Source: Hyaloraphidium curvatum SAG 235-1
Lineage: Eukaryota; Fungi; Monoblepharomycota
Assembly (NCBI GenBank): GCA_025558095.1
Contig: JAIVFI010000003.1
Coordinates: forward strand, 744,001 to 808,000
Reading direction: 5' to 3'
DNA length: 64,000 nucleotides
Positions 1 to 12,907 of this stretch are shown piece after piece. Positions within the stretch are counted from its first letter, which is position 1, and every line of letters begins with the position of its first letter. The translations under genes and the position numbers were made by a program. A model generated the notes under the pieces. That model was not told the origin of the DNA. It was given only the letters and a program-made list of their open reading frames with translations, and searched no databases.

Positions 1-3000
1 CTTCTCAAGGGCTCCATTGTTTGCGAGACCCAAGGCTACGATCCGCAACCTTTCCGCGTGGCTGCATGCCTTTGGGACAGGCTCTTGCCGGAGCCAGTGG
101 ATCGAAACAGCCTCCAGGACGAGAACCGGGGCAAGAACTCGGATCCGAAGGCGATCGTTCGCGCAGCGCAAGCTCGAAAGGCGGTGAAAAGCGGGGGCAA
201 AGACAAAGCGTCTCAAGCGAAGCCGGTTGTGCGCCAGGAAGAAAAGCCTCTACCGGCTCGGATCGAAAACGTTGAGCAGGCTTTTGCTGACGCACGTGGG
301 AGCTAACTCGCCTTCCATGTCTCCACGGTGCTAAGCTTGCTGTGCTTTGCAGGGTATGCCGCGGACTTCTTGGGGACGCAGAATCAACTGCCGGACCGCA
401 TTCGCCTCCTTCGCATTTGTCTCCGAATCAATCTGTTCCGCTCTCCGGATAAATCGCTCGTTGCTGGTAAATTATCGCACTCCGTTGACCCCGTATCCTA
501 CTAATGCTTCGCTTGGTGCCTCCAGAGTCTGTTGCTTTGGAATGCGCGGTTGGGCACTCGTATCTCATGCTCGGGTACACGAAGCAAGCCGGATTAGCCT
601 ATAACCGAGCAAAGCTCCACGTTGAATCAAATAAGACGGGCGACCCTTTTGTGGACGTGCACTTCTACCTCGGCTACAGCTACTACCTCAGCTGCTTGGG
701 GAACCTCGACAAGAGGTGAGCTTACGCACTCCGCGGCATTGCCGACGCTCCATGTGCCCTGTTCTTACATTCTGCTCAGCAAAACAATGTTCGACCGCGC
801 GGCTGCCGTTGCACGGGACTCTCAAGTGTTCGAGGATCTAGAGAGCACGGGGGCCAAGGCGAAGAGGATGAAGCTCCGACGTCTTCTATCTAGCGCTCTA
901 TACGTGCAGACTTCTCTGCTGTTCGCGCAGGTAAGTCTAAACCCGTGGAAAGCTCAGGCCGAGTATTCATTCGCTGGTGCAGGGACGGATGGCTCCAGCG
1001 CTAAAGAGCACTATCAAGTCCGCGCAGCTGCTCATTGAGCTCGCCGTGAAGGAAGCAAGGCAAGGCTCACAGACCAAGTCTGTGCTGGATTTGAAGTCGA
1101 ACTCTGGCAACGCCGCCCTGGTTGCAAGTATTCGCCACGCCAACTACGAGACCATCATGGTACGCATGCCGCTGGCAGCCACTGATTGCTGGCTCTAAAA
1201 TGAGCTTATCGCAGGAGCTGCTTGGATGCTTGGAAAACCTGGGACAGATGCTCCTCATCCGCGGTTCTCCGGGCGAGGCGGAAGTTTACTTCCGTCGTGG
1301 CCTAGACATCGCGCAAGCGCTAGGCTCCACCTCTCTCTCCGAAAAGTTTGCCTTATGTCTCGCAGAAGCCGATTACCGGCGCCTGCGGCTCGAGGATGCG
1401 GAATCACACCTAAACTCGTTGAGACAGGACGTGGACGTGGTCAGTGCGGCGACTCGTGCCCCCCACTTGAGCTCATTCCAGCTTGTACAGCCGCCCGCGG
1501 ATTTGACGAAGGATGTCGCTTTCCGACACATGCGCCATGGGGATCTCTGCTTCCGCAAGGGCAGTTTGGACTTGGCAGAAGCAGAGTTCGACAAGTCTCG
1601 TGCTGTGCTCGAAATGGTCGCTGCACCGGCTTTTGTGGCAGCACTGGAAAACGCGCCTCCGCCGTGGGATCGGTTTGCTGCTTTCATTCTCGTAGGGTGC
1701 TCATAGGTCGCTCCAGGATCGCTGCAACGCCACGGGAAACTTCTCTGTTGCAATATGCCGTAAAGGCCAGCTCCGTTGGTCGCAAAGTGGCGGAAAGTGG
1801 GTTTGCCGTTGCCATGGATCGTGCGAATCTTACCGGGGTGCCAGATGCGGGCAAGGGTGACAGCTTTCTTCTCTCGTACGTGAAGACGGAGCTGCTGGCC
1901 AGGATCGGTTGGTGGCATCTTGTTCCACGTTGCTTGCCCCTAGCTTACGTGCTGGCAGGGTCTACGGTGATGAAGCAAGGCAAGCTTCGCGAAGCGGAGA
2001 AGTGCATGACCTCAACGGACGATCAGTCCGCCTTGGATCAGGTTTGAATGCTGCCATCGATCTCCGGCAACATGCAAATGACCATTGCGCAGGCTGAGTA
2101 CTTGGTCACGCTTGGGACGCTCAGACTTCTTAAAGCAATGCAAGCGGCATCCGGTTCTTCGGTTGTGGACAGCTTTTACGACCTCGGTAGGGTAGTCTGA
2201 TGCAATCCGTTGACCTGGAGTCCTCACAACCGGATACAGTGTTCTCCCTCCCGTGGTTTTCTTCCCGACCACAATCAGCGACGAAAACCTCGCGGACGAA
2301 GTCTTCGGGCAAGGCAACCGCAAAGGCTCCGCCGACTTCGCAGAGCGGAGTCATTTCGGCGATCCATGAAGCCGACTCGATTCTGCAGGATGCCTTTAAT
2401 GTGTGCTATGCGTATGGCTTTCCAAAGCTCTTTCACGATGCATGCAACGGGCTTGTTACGCTGAAAATGCTTCGGGCGTACTCGAGCAAGGGCAAGCAGG
2501 ACTGGGAGGACTTGCTTTGGGAGACCGTTTTCTATTTGCGTGAGTTGTGCGGAACATCGAGAAGAGCAACGACATCTGACGGCAGCCACCGCAGATAAAC
2601 GGAATGGCATCACCATTTTGCGCGAGATGCAGAGCCTGCTGTGGGACAAGGTCGCTCCCGAACGGCCGAGCGAGCGGCTGGAGTGGCCCAGCTCGGAGAC
2701 ATCACCTTCGCCCCCCAGCATGAGCGTGAGGCAAGCACAGCTCTTGGAAGTCTACGAGCGGGAAATGAACATGAAACCGTCCGAGTTCCGGGCCGCATAC
2801 GTGGAGACCCTTCCTCCGCACTGGACGGTCTGCTCGCTGGCCGTCGATGAGGAGAGGGACGATCTCATCGTCTCGAGGCTGCGGAAGGGTTGCGATCCGG
2901 TTATTATGCGGCTCCCGTTGCGAAGACAGGCCCACCGGGACAATGGATCGGAGGACTGCTTGGGCTACAAGGCCGCACTCGCCGAGTTCAGGAGCATCCT

Positions 3001-4459
3001 GTCGGAGAGCGATGCCACCCTGCAGCAACCGCCGGCCGGCATGGCGAGAACCGACAAGGTCGACTGGTGGAACAAGCGGAAGGAATTGGACGGCCGCATG
3101 GGCAGCCTGGTGCAGCAGATCGAGAGCACGTGGCTCGGCGCTTTCAAGGTGCGAAAAGAATCGCACCGATCCTTCCGGGCGCTGACGGGTGCTCGAAAGT
3201 CTCTTCTCCTTCCGGATTCCTCGTGGTCGACGGCTAACTCGAAGATATTCAGGGAGCGCCTGCAGAGCGTATTGTCCAAGACGCTGGACGGACGCACGAA
3301 GAGCAAGGGACCCATGCCGGATATCCATCCCGCCGTTTCGGACATCCTGCTGCGCCTTGGGGCGGAGGCCGACGACCGCGACGTGGAAGATTTCCTCTAC
3401 TTTGTTCTAGAGTCTTGGCAAGCGGTGACGGGAACGATCGATCTTGGCGAGATCGACATGGACTTGGTGAGCTTCGATCGCATCCTGGTCTCATGCAGCT
3501 TGGCTTACGTCGTTCAGCTTGCGGTTGATATCAAGGACGTCATGGAAAAGCTATTGGAGCAGTGCAACGAGGACCCGAGCGTCCCGGACGAAGCTCACGT
3601 GGTGCTGATTGTCGATCGCACGACCAATATGTTGCCCTGGGAAAGTCTCCCTGCCTTCCGCGAAATCTCCATGTCAAGACTGCCTTCTTTAATGCTGCTT
3701 CGCGATCTCCTCCTACTCGAGAAGCAGTGGGCGGGCGACTCGATCGAAAGCGGGAACCGTCAATCCTACACTGTGTCGAGGACGCAGTGCTCGTACATCC
3801 TGAACCCCGGTGGAGACCTTGCCAGCACCCAGAAGAGGTTCGAAACGCTATTCGCGCAGCAGCAGTGGCGAGGCATTGTCGGTCGCCCGCCGACGGACTC
3901 CGAGATGTGCGGCATGCTCAGTGACTCGGATATCTTCTTGTGGGTGTGCTTTCTTACGACGGCCGTCGCCGCAGTTGACAATCGTATCTTGCAGGTATTT
4001 TGGTCACAACGGTGGCGAGCAGTTTGTCAAGGGCCACGAGGTTCGCAAGCTTGATCGTTGCGCAGTTGCCCTGCTCGTGGGCTGTAGCAGCGGCAAGCTT
4101 AAGGACCTCGGCGAGTTCGAGCCCATGGGCACACCTGTGCATTACCTCATGGCCGGATGGTAAGACGCGAGTCAGCACCGTCGAGAACCTTGTGGACTGA
4201 CTTCCGCAGTCCCACTATCCTGGCCAACCTCTGGGAAGTCACGGACAAGGACATCGACGCCTTTGCGTACAGAGTCTTGATGGATTGGGGCATGCTCCAC
4301 GAGGCGAAAGAAGCCGAACAGGGCGATCGCGCGTCTGGGGCACCGTGGCCGTCGATCACGGCCTGCGTCGCCGCGTCGCGCGGCGAATGCAAGTTGAAGT
4401 ATCTGAATGGGGCGGCTCCGGTGGTTTACGGAGTGCCGAGCTACGTGAAGCGATCTTGA
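1..4459 (+). CDS. ESP1: Separase (peptidase C50), multi-exon, 5' end outside the window
   Basis: Spliced exons give WWNKRKELD, LPWESLP, YILNPGGDL, catalytic His motif YFGHNGGEQF, catalytic Cys motif LLVGCSSG, and NLWEVTDKDID...LNGAAPVVYGVP. Stop TGA ends at 4459. Confidence 0.95.
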
Positions 4460-4582
4460 GCATGGCGGCTGTGGTATCTAGTTGCACGGTGGTTGCGATC
4501 TGTGTCGATTGAATGTGTTTCGGGGCGACGAAAGCCATCACCGCTCCGGTCCTTCCGGGGATGTGGGGGAAATCTGGCGCTC

Positions 4583-5286
4583 ATGACCGATGACAAACTG
4601 TCCTTGGACATCAAGAATGTCGGCCGTTTCGGGAAGGAGTTCACGGTCTCCAGGGGAGGTCGCGGGCAGGCTCTCGCAGTGGCCACCGCCAGCATCGCGC
4701 TACTTGGCATCGTCCTGGCTGATGAAGGCCTCGGAGTGCGTTGCGTCTCGTGTTTTGGACACTGGAGCAGCATTTGCTTAGGGACCTGCGACCACGTATC
4801 TTCATTCTGCAGCCCATCGTTCGCGGAACTATCGCCACGCTGCTTGCCCTTTGTGTTTACACCTCCGTGACATACGTCGTCGCTGGTGCGGAATCGATCG
4901 TCGATTATTGCGTTCGAGCTCGTTTCATTCGCTTTGCGCGCCCCGCCCACCTGCAGAATCGCTGCTGTACGTGGAGAACCTGGGCGTCCAGACCTCGACG
5001 TCCTACGCGTTCTGGCCCGGCCGAGTCAAGTTCCTGGACAGGTCGCGGGCCATTGAGGTCGTCATCAACGAAGGAATCACGTGCTTCACCGTGCAGTACT
5101 ACATGGCGGTGCTCGTCAGAGACCGGATGAAGATGGAGCTGGTGTTCCCGGTCGGTGGCGGACTCGTCGTCTGCAAGGAACTGTCCGACTGATTGCCCTG
5201 GGCTACAGAACCTTATGCCTCCGTTGCCGATCCTCACGGAAGTCTATCGCAACATCCAGACGCTGACCGGGCGCGGCACGGACTAA
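4583..5286 (+). CDS. GPI15: GPI-GlcNAc transferase subunit PIG-H/Gpi15, spliced
   Basis: Two N-terminal hydrophobic segments, then ESLLYVENLGVQ...VVINEGIT.FTVQYYMAVLV...LVFP|NLMPPLPILTEVY, typical of the PIG-H domain. Confidence 0.85.
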
Positions 5287-5377
5287 GGCCCACGACGCAC
5301 TCATCGAGGCACGCCATCACATGGGGGGCATCGTTTGGCATCTATAGCAGCACTGGTAAGCCCTGCATTTCCGCCGC

Positions 5378-5980
5378 TCAAAGCTCCCGGATGAACTTCG
5401 GCACAGACCGCTGCGGGTGGCACTGGGTCAGAAAGGCGGTCCACCGGCACGGAACGCCCCGCCCACCTCCTCAGCCACTGCCCGAATGTACTCCTCGATG
5501 AACGCCTTCTGCTCCGGCTCGTAGACGGGATCCGGGATGGGCTTCGCGCGCCCGCGGTAGCCGACGTATTTCACGATGCCGTAGTAGCCGGCGAGAGTGG
5601 CCATGACGATCTAGGGGCCCCAATAGAGAAATAGCAAGGCAACGGTGCGAGTTGGCACGGTAGGATGGGAAGCGAGGCGCGGATGTGGCGCGCAACGGGT
5701 CGGAGGGGTCAGAACCGAGCGGGAAACGTGGGGGCGCGCATCCCACCTGCCACTGCGCGAATCTCCGTCCGCCGACGTTGATGAACCTTCAGGAGCAATC
5801 CGCCAGCGGCGCAGTCCGGGGGAAAGGTGCGATAGCGCGGCGGATGGGGTGGGCCGCGGAAGAACGGCGGCGGGGAGGGCCAGGTCAAACGCCACGATGG
5901 GGGCCGGAATGAGCTCCTGGTCCAGCAGAGACGCATCCTGCACATGGCAAAGGCCGAACGCACCCGTAGAAGTGACTCAT
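5378..5980 (-). CDS. Small single-TM protein resembling mitochondrial ATP synthase subunit k (Atp19-like), 4 exons, about 77 aa
   Basis: Manual splice gives MSHFYG|FINVGGRRFAQWQ|IVMATLAGYYGIVKYVGYRGRAKPIPDPVYEPEQKAFIEEYIRAVAEE|RSVPKFIREL* with GT-AG junctions. The pattern (G-R/K start, TM helix, P-rich linker, E-x-x-x-FIEEY) matches the subunit k family. Confidence 0.6.
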
Positions 5981-6105
5981 TGCGGTGAGAAACCCTCGTG
6001 GGCAGACGAGAATGGAGGGGTGGCGCGCGCTGGATGTGGGGTCAACACCCGCTTGAGCGGTGTGTCCAACGACACCTCGCTTTGGCCGACTATCGGCTTT
6101 CCACG

Positions 6106-7280
6106 ATGGTCCAGCTCATCGTTACGGACCGAATACGTGCAGCTTGCAAGCTGGCCCTCGCCAGCGCGGACCTGCCGTCCGCATCGCCCTTCCGGGAGGA
6201 GATAGAGGCTGCTGCGAAGGACCCGACCCCGGATAGGGAACCGGAGGCCAAAACGGAGGACAGTCAAACGCAGGAAGAGACTTTGAAATTCGCCAAGGGC
6301 TCCGATGGCGTTTTGGCCGCGGACGCGGCGACGGAGGGCACGGAACCGGGGCCCGGGACCAGTCCTGTCACAATCTCGCACCGTTCCGCCAAGGAGCTCA
6401 GCGACTTCCTTCTGAAGCATGTTTCGACAGGTGTGTATTCGTCTTTGCCCCACCGGGGTCTGCATGGTTCGAAGTTCCACGATCGCAGACGAGCCCGGGA
6501 AGGAATCGGACCGCTACACGTTCACCCAACTGCTCCGCGGGAGCCGGATACACGCCGAGCCTCCAAAACCGCGGGTCAAGGTGGGTACGTTGTCGGTGGG
6601 CCGGGATCCTGTTGTTGACACCGCCGTCACGTGCCTCGGAAGAGCGAGGCCCTGCTCAAGATCCTCAGCGACATCAAGCGCAAGCAGGAGGAAGACGAGT
6701 ACCAGCGGATGAAGTCGACGGGCGGCCTTTCGCAGAGCCGGGCCAGTTTCCTGGGCTTCCAGCTGAGGGAGAGCGTCCAGGAGTTCCGGCGGACGGGCCG
6801 ATGGGTCTCGGGCATCGTGAACGTGCTCTTTTCCGTCATCGCCATCTTTGGCGGCGGCGTGTACCTCGGAGCGCAGATGAGCGAGGACTGGGGCGTCGTG
6901 AGTTGACTCCTTGCTGCGCGCTCCTCGGACCGCGCGCTGATCGGCCGCGGCTTCCTTCAGCGGGTCCTGGTCGGATTCGGATGTGCATTCATCGTCCTGG
7001 TTGCCGAGGCGTACTTTTTCTACTTCTACAACCTCGTTCCCGAAGGTTGGTCGTGTTGCGGCGAAGGCGTCTCTGGAAGAGCATTTCACTCATTCCCCAT
7101 CTTCCTGCAGTCGACGATCCGAACAATCCTCTGTTTCCGATCGGAAAGGACTCGAAGAAGAAGAAGGAGGAGCCCCGGCCGGCGTCGAAACCCAACGCGG
7201 AGGCGTTGGCGCGGAACCAGGCGGCGATGGACGCTTACCTGAAGGAGGCCCGTCGGGAGAAGCCGACAGGCGCTTCCTGA
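6106..7280 (+). CDS. VMA12: V-ATPase assembly factor Vma12/Vph2/TMEM199
   Basis: Starts MVQLIVTDRI. Contains LLRGSRI, EEDEYQRM, two TM helices (IVNVLFSVIAIFGGGVYL; RVLVGFGCAFIVLVAEAYFF) and a basic tail. Confidence 0.8.
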
Positions 7281-7948
7281 CACCTTTGGATGGCTGCTTT
7301 TGCATGGGACTGCGTGGGCGTGGAGCGGGCGGGGCACCAGCCGTCAGCCGTCGAGCCGGAACATCCGGTTTGCCCGGCGGCAAATGCGGGGGTCGGAGGT
7401 TGGAGTGGCGGTCGCGGGCCCTTTCTGTTGTTGTTGCCTTGAATAGAGTTCTACGTTGATTTGGTGGTGCGGCCGGTGGCGGGGGGACAGGGAGTGAGCC
7501 GCGGGGCGCGGGCGGTCACCGAGCCGAACAACGGAGGAGCCCTTCATTGGCGGAGGCCCCTTCCGCGGCCACAGGCGACCCGACCGGGCGCCGTCCACCG
7601 CGAAGCCCCGCGCGCCCCGCGGCGGCGTTTCCCCGGGCGGGCACTCACGCGGGCCTGCGCCGAGAGTCGGCCGGCCGGCGCACCGCGGGATCCGCACTTT
7701 GGCCCGCGCCGGCGCCGACGCGCCGCACCGCCCCGTCCGCTCGCGGGCCGCACGCGGAACGCAGGCCGACGCCCCCCGCGGCGCTGCGGCCGCCCCGTCG
7801 CCCCCGGCGCGCCCGTCCCTCTTTTGCCACCCGGCCGGTTGGCTTTTCTCGCGGCCGAACGCCCGGCGGCAGGCGCGTCGGACGGCCGCGGCTGGCTCCG
7901 TTCGCCCGTACGACGCGGCCCGGCGCATGAACTCGGGGCGTGCTCGCC

Positions 7949-10110
7949 ATGGACGACATGCCCGCCGCCTCGGAAGATAGCGCGCCGGCTCAGCTCGCGG
8001 AGCCGCCGGCGTCCGCGACGCCCTCGATCGAGTCGGCAGAGACCCGCGTAGCCGACCAGAGCCCCTCGGGCCAGGCCGGTGCGCCCGTGCCGCTCTCCCC
8101 CACCTCGGCGCGGGAATCGACCCCGCAGACCGCGCTCCCCGTCGCCCCCTCCTCGGCCGGTTCGACCGCCGGCTCCGACAGCGGCGGAAACCAGCTGGTG
8201 GACACGCTGCACATCGTTGCCACGGACCGCAACTCGGTGGACAAGTTCGACCTGTACGAGCTGTTTTCGGTCCAGGACGGGTTCCAGAGAATCGCATGGC
8301 AGAACGAAGGTGCGTCGGCAGGCGGGCCGTTGGACAGCGCATGGGCTCATTCGTTTTTCGACCGAAGGCTACTCGTTCGTCAAGTTCACCTCGCATGAGC
8401 ACGCCATCGCCTGCCTACGGACGCTCAAGAGGCAGATGGAAAGCGGCATGCACGACAAACTGAGCTCGATCAAGATCACGGTCGCGAAAATGAGCTACGT
8501 CCCCAACTACAAAGTCCCCACGGCGGACGACTTTGGTGGGCTCGAGACCCGTTGCGAGCGACAGCACTTTCTCATTGTTCCTTGCCAGCTGCGTCCGCCA
8601 CTCTCCACCTCTCCCACTTCCCCAAGGATTCCACGGTGCTTGAGCTCCGGCGATTTTTCTCTCGCTGCTCGCCCGAGGGGTTCGAGCGGCTCATCTTCCA
8701 GTGAGTTTGTCCGCTACCCAAAATCTCAAGTGGCTAACCTTGCCGCGCTTCCTCTTTTGCAGCATCAACTACGTACGCACGCCCGGCGTCCTTTGCCCAC
8801 GTAGAATGCGCTGACTTGCCCCTCCACAGTGCCACGTTCTGTTCAAGGACGTCGAGCATGCCACCCGGACAAAGGACCTCGTCAACAAGGTGCGTTCGGC
8901 GCAGCCTACCGAAGACCCGCGACCTAACGTGCCCGGCAGACGACGAACTTTGTCCTCGCTTTCGCCAAAAACGTCACGGACATGAAGAGCCGTATCCACG
9001 CCAACGGTGCCGTCAACGGCGTCGGGGCCGACTTCCGCCACAAGGCCAACGGCGGCCAGCACCCCGGCATGATGCAGGACGACTACATGTCCATGGGTCG
9101 CCCGCGCCCGTTTCCGGGGAACGCGTACCACGCTTACGGCCAAGGGTTCAACGACGTCGCGTCGAACCAGTCGTACATGAACTTCCAGAACAGGGACTAC
9201 GAGCGGCGCAACAAGATCCAGGCGGCCCAGGCCCAGATGCGGTCGTCGAGCTTCGGCGCCGCGCCTGCGCGGGGATCCCGGGATGCGTTCCAGCAGTCCC
9301 AGGGCTACGACGGTTACCCTGGGGAGTACCCCGACCGGATGCCGCCAAACATGTACGGCCGACCGGCTACGTCGGCGCAGGGCGACTACCTCGACCGCAG
9401 CGGCGCCGGCGGGTTCTCGCGGTACAACGGAGCCAGATACCGGAGCCAGAGCTACGAGGTCGACCCGAACGGTTTCCGCGACGACAGCTCCCAGCGGCGC
9501 ATGCTCTACGGCAACGAGTTTGTGGGGAACGGCATGCCCGGGAACGTGGACTGGGCGGTCGCGGCCATGCAGAAGGCGGCCGCGACGGGCGGTGCCGGTG
9601 GCTGGGATTCGACGGACCTGATGCGGCTGCAGCAGCAGCAGGCGCTGGCCGGTCGCGGGCGGAACGACTACGACTTCGGGCCGGATCCCTCGCGGAGCGG
9701 GTACCAGCAGAGAGGGCAGGACCCCGTTGGCGACGTACGTGCTTTGGCGTGCACGAAACCTTCTCAGTGCTGACCTCGTTCGACAGCCTTACCAGTATGA
9801 CATGCAGCAGCGCCAGATGCGGGCGGCGTACGGGCGGAACGGGCCCGCGGCCTTCTACGACCCGTCGCAGCAGGCCTACTACTCCGACTATCAGGCGCTT
9901 CCGGGGATGGCGAGGATGCCGGCCATGGGCCAGTCCTCCGCGCAGTCGTTCGACCGCACGATCCGGCCCCCGGCGCGGAGGATGTCGAACTCGGGCGACG
10001 ACCTGGCCGGGGCCTTTTCGTCGATCCTGCAGCCCAACGGGCAGGACGACCTGGCCCAGATCACAAGCAGCTTCCAAAATTCGTTCGGCTTGGGCGACAC
10101 GGTTTCTTGA
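7949..10110 (+). CDS. RNA-binding protein with two divergent RRM-like domains and a G/Q/N/Y/R-rich low-complexity tail (Whi3/Scw1-like architecture)
   Basis: TLHIVAT...LYELFSVQDGFQRI...GYSFVKF and TLHLSHFP...FFSR...GFERLIF...VLFKDVEHA...LAFAKN. Includes a 10-nt microexon at 8763-8772. Confidence 0.65.
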
Positions 10111-10635
10111 GGCGGAGTCTTGGGGCTCGGTGGTGGCATTGGCTTCTCGTGACCCGGACAAGGACGTCGGTTTTGTCGTGTGCTTCACTTCTTGAGGAGG
10201 GATCATGGTCTCGATTGGACATGGGTTCTAGCACGGTTATCTCGGCACTGGAAGGTGTGTCCTCTTTCAACGGCAAGCAAGAGCTTCTTCGCCCGCTCGG
10301 CGGGCAGGTAGTGATACCGACCGGCAATTCTACAAGCCGGAGGTAATATTTGTGTGAAAAACGACAGTGTATTCACGTACTTTAAGAGACGGCTCGGACT
10401 TCGAGGTTCGACAGGTTCGTGTGGGGGGGAAGCTGGGCGAAGAGTCGGAGTTGGAATTGCGGATTGGCGCCCGGACTTCTGCGCCAGTCGCTGCCGCCAT
10501 ACCTCCATGGTGGCGTAACACCTGCACACGAATCTTTTTCCGGGGTGTGGACGGAGTCTCCGCTACGGACGGGCGGCCCGGAGCTGGTGGCCCCTGCACT
10601 TCGCAGGGAGCCATCTCAGGCGATCTCGGGAGCTC

Positions 10636-11870
10636 ATGGCCACCTTTCGCGATGCCGTGAAGCGATTGAAGGTCAGTCATTTTGGCTCCGGAGATTCTCG
10701 GCCCTGGTAGTGACTTGGGATCCGGGCAGGTCATCTACGAAGCATGCGCACCCCAGGACGGCCTGCCCCTCGGCAAAGGACCCGACCAGGATGAATTCAC
10801 CGCAACGAAGCGAAAGATACACGAGGATGTCAAGCGCATCAGGCAGGTGGGACCCGACACCGCGTTTGCCAACAGCTCGGCTCACGCGGGCTCAAGATGC
10901 TCAAGGAGCGCGAAGGGCTGACCGCTTCTCGGAGTGCTACTGTGGAAGCTGCAGAGGCATCGTATCGTATTCGAATCGCCCTCAAGGAGGTGCGGGAAGT
11001 GGCCCAGCGGCTAGCCGACACCCAAGCAAAGGAGGAAAAGAAGGCGAGTGTTCCTTAGCCTGCGCTGGGAGATGCAGAGCATGATGGAGTGCAATTGATC
11101 CAGGCCGACAAGAAAGGAAACGAAGAGGCCATGGAGAAGTGCCGTCGAAGGCGGGAGATTGTGCAGCTGGTCTGGAGCCACATTGAGGAATGCGAGGCGC
11201 TGGAGAAGAAGCGGGTCACGGAGAAGGTTTCTGGGGAAAGGACGATCCTCCTCTCCGGCGGCGCCCCTGGACGTCACGGTACGACCGGCACGATACTATG
11301 CGACACAAGCTGACTGCGTGACAGACCTCAGATTCCGATCCTCAAACGGCCCCTCGGATGAGGGCCAAGCCTCTTCGCACCAGGCCTCTGTCGGGTACAG
11401 GGATCCGTACTTGGATAGTGATTTGCCAGACATCGATGTTGCGGAGGACTTCAAACAGATGCAGATCAATGACCAGATGATCGTGAGTCCCTGCTTATCA
11501 CTGGCAGCTGCGAGCATTGACATCCCGAGACAGGACCGTGACCTTGAGGAAATTAAAATGGGCGTTGGAGTGCTGAAGGATTTGGCAACGGGCATGGAGA
11601 CCGTGGGTCAAGAGGCTCGCTTCGCACTCGGTTGTCGATTGCTGACGGTGGGCAACGCGAACTCGCATCCAGGAGCTGGACAAGCAGAACCAAATGCTCG
11701 ACGACGTCACGGTCAAGGTCGACACGCAGACCGAGCGCCTTGACCACGTCAACGTTAAGATGAAGATGGCGGTGGAAAAGGTGATGAAGGGGGACCACTT
11801 TCTGCTCAACTGCATACTGCTCTGTGTCTTGCTGTGTCTCGTAGCGTTCATCGCAACCGTGTTCCTATGA
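10636..11870 (+). CDS. Qc-SNARE, syntaxin-71 (SYP7)-like
   Basis: N-terminus MATFRDAVKRLK|VIYEAC...DEF. SNARE motif DRDLEEIKMGVGVLKDLATGMET|ELDKQNQMLDDV with a Q zero layer. C-terminal TM FLLNCILLCVLLCLVAFIATVFL*. Confidence 0.75.
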
Positions 11871-11904
11871 CCAATCCATGAGCTAGCTGAAAGCACTACA
11901 TGCG

Positions 11905-12798
11905 CTATGCCAGAACAGTTCGAACAAGACCGCCCCTCTCCAGTTCGCTGCCCGAGTCGTCGTCCCTGTCCGGATCATTATCTCTCTCCCCATCTGAGCA
12001 GTCCAATCTTCCCATTCTGGTGCATCTCTGTCGAGGGAAAGGAACCAGGGATCAGAATCAACAGTTCGGCCCCTGGACGGCAGGCATCCCACCGCGCACG
12101 GTCGTCCAGCATCGCAAGCCATGTGCGCCTTTTTGCATGTCTTGCATGCCCTTGGGGCGTAACCTCTCGGCCTCGTCGCGCCGGATTGGCCCTGGACCGC
12201 CGCGTGTGCCGCGTATAGCGTACTCGCGGCAAACAGCGCAGAATGGAACTCAAGCACGTCCTCCGCATCCACTGGATGAGGCACTTCCGGCTCCAAGATT
12301 GTAAGCTCCGTTTCCATAAGCCGCCGAACGCTGTCCTTGGGAAGGGAGCCCACGGCGCGGATCTCCGAGATGATGAGCTGCGCGTCGAGAGGCGCTCGCA
12401 AAGAGAACACCAAAGGCAGCGGGCAGCAGCCTCACCGGACCCAAATCAAGCCGCGCCCGTTTTCTCCGAGATGTGAGGCCGTTGGCTGCTTCCGCGGGGA
12501 ATGCGGTTGGCCGGGCTGCCGTGGCCTCCTCGCCTTCGCGCTTCACCGCGACGGCCGGCTGCTCCGCATCCTCGTCGGCCAGCATTTCTTTGCTGCGTGC
12601 GGCCAACGCACTCAAGACTTTGCTCGCGGCGGAAGGCACACTAATCAAAGGCTCGTCCGGGCGAGCCATGGCAGCCTTCAGTCCCATAATCGCCGCCATG
12701 GAGGTCGGCGGGTTCCGCCCGTCGCGAGGTCTGGCCACATTGCGCTGTGCGGGCTTTGCAACCGCAGGAGCCGCCTGCTGGCTCGGTTTCCCGCTCAT
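11905..12798 (-). CDS. Zn2Cys6 (Gal4-type) binuclear cluster protein with the cluster near the C-terminus
   Basis: RACKTCKKAHMACDAGRPCA|RCTRMGRLDC gives six cysteines after splicing. The AHMACD..RPC motif resembles Ert1/Rds2-type clusters. Confidence 0.75.
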
Positions 12799-12907
12799 GT
12801 GGGCCTGCGACCGGATTCGAAGGTGGGCCGGATCTACAAGTCAACACACGCACGCGCAGCCGCGCCGGGAGATCGTTGCCGCCCTTGATCCCCCGGACAA
12901 GGGTCTT

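Noticed and set aside
8816-10195. 459-aa Arg-rich ORF
   Set aside because: Alternative frame of the RRM gene; splicing places the real protein in the 8982-9773 and 9727-10110 frames.
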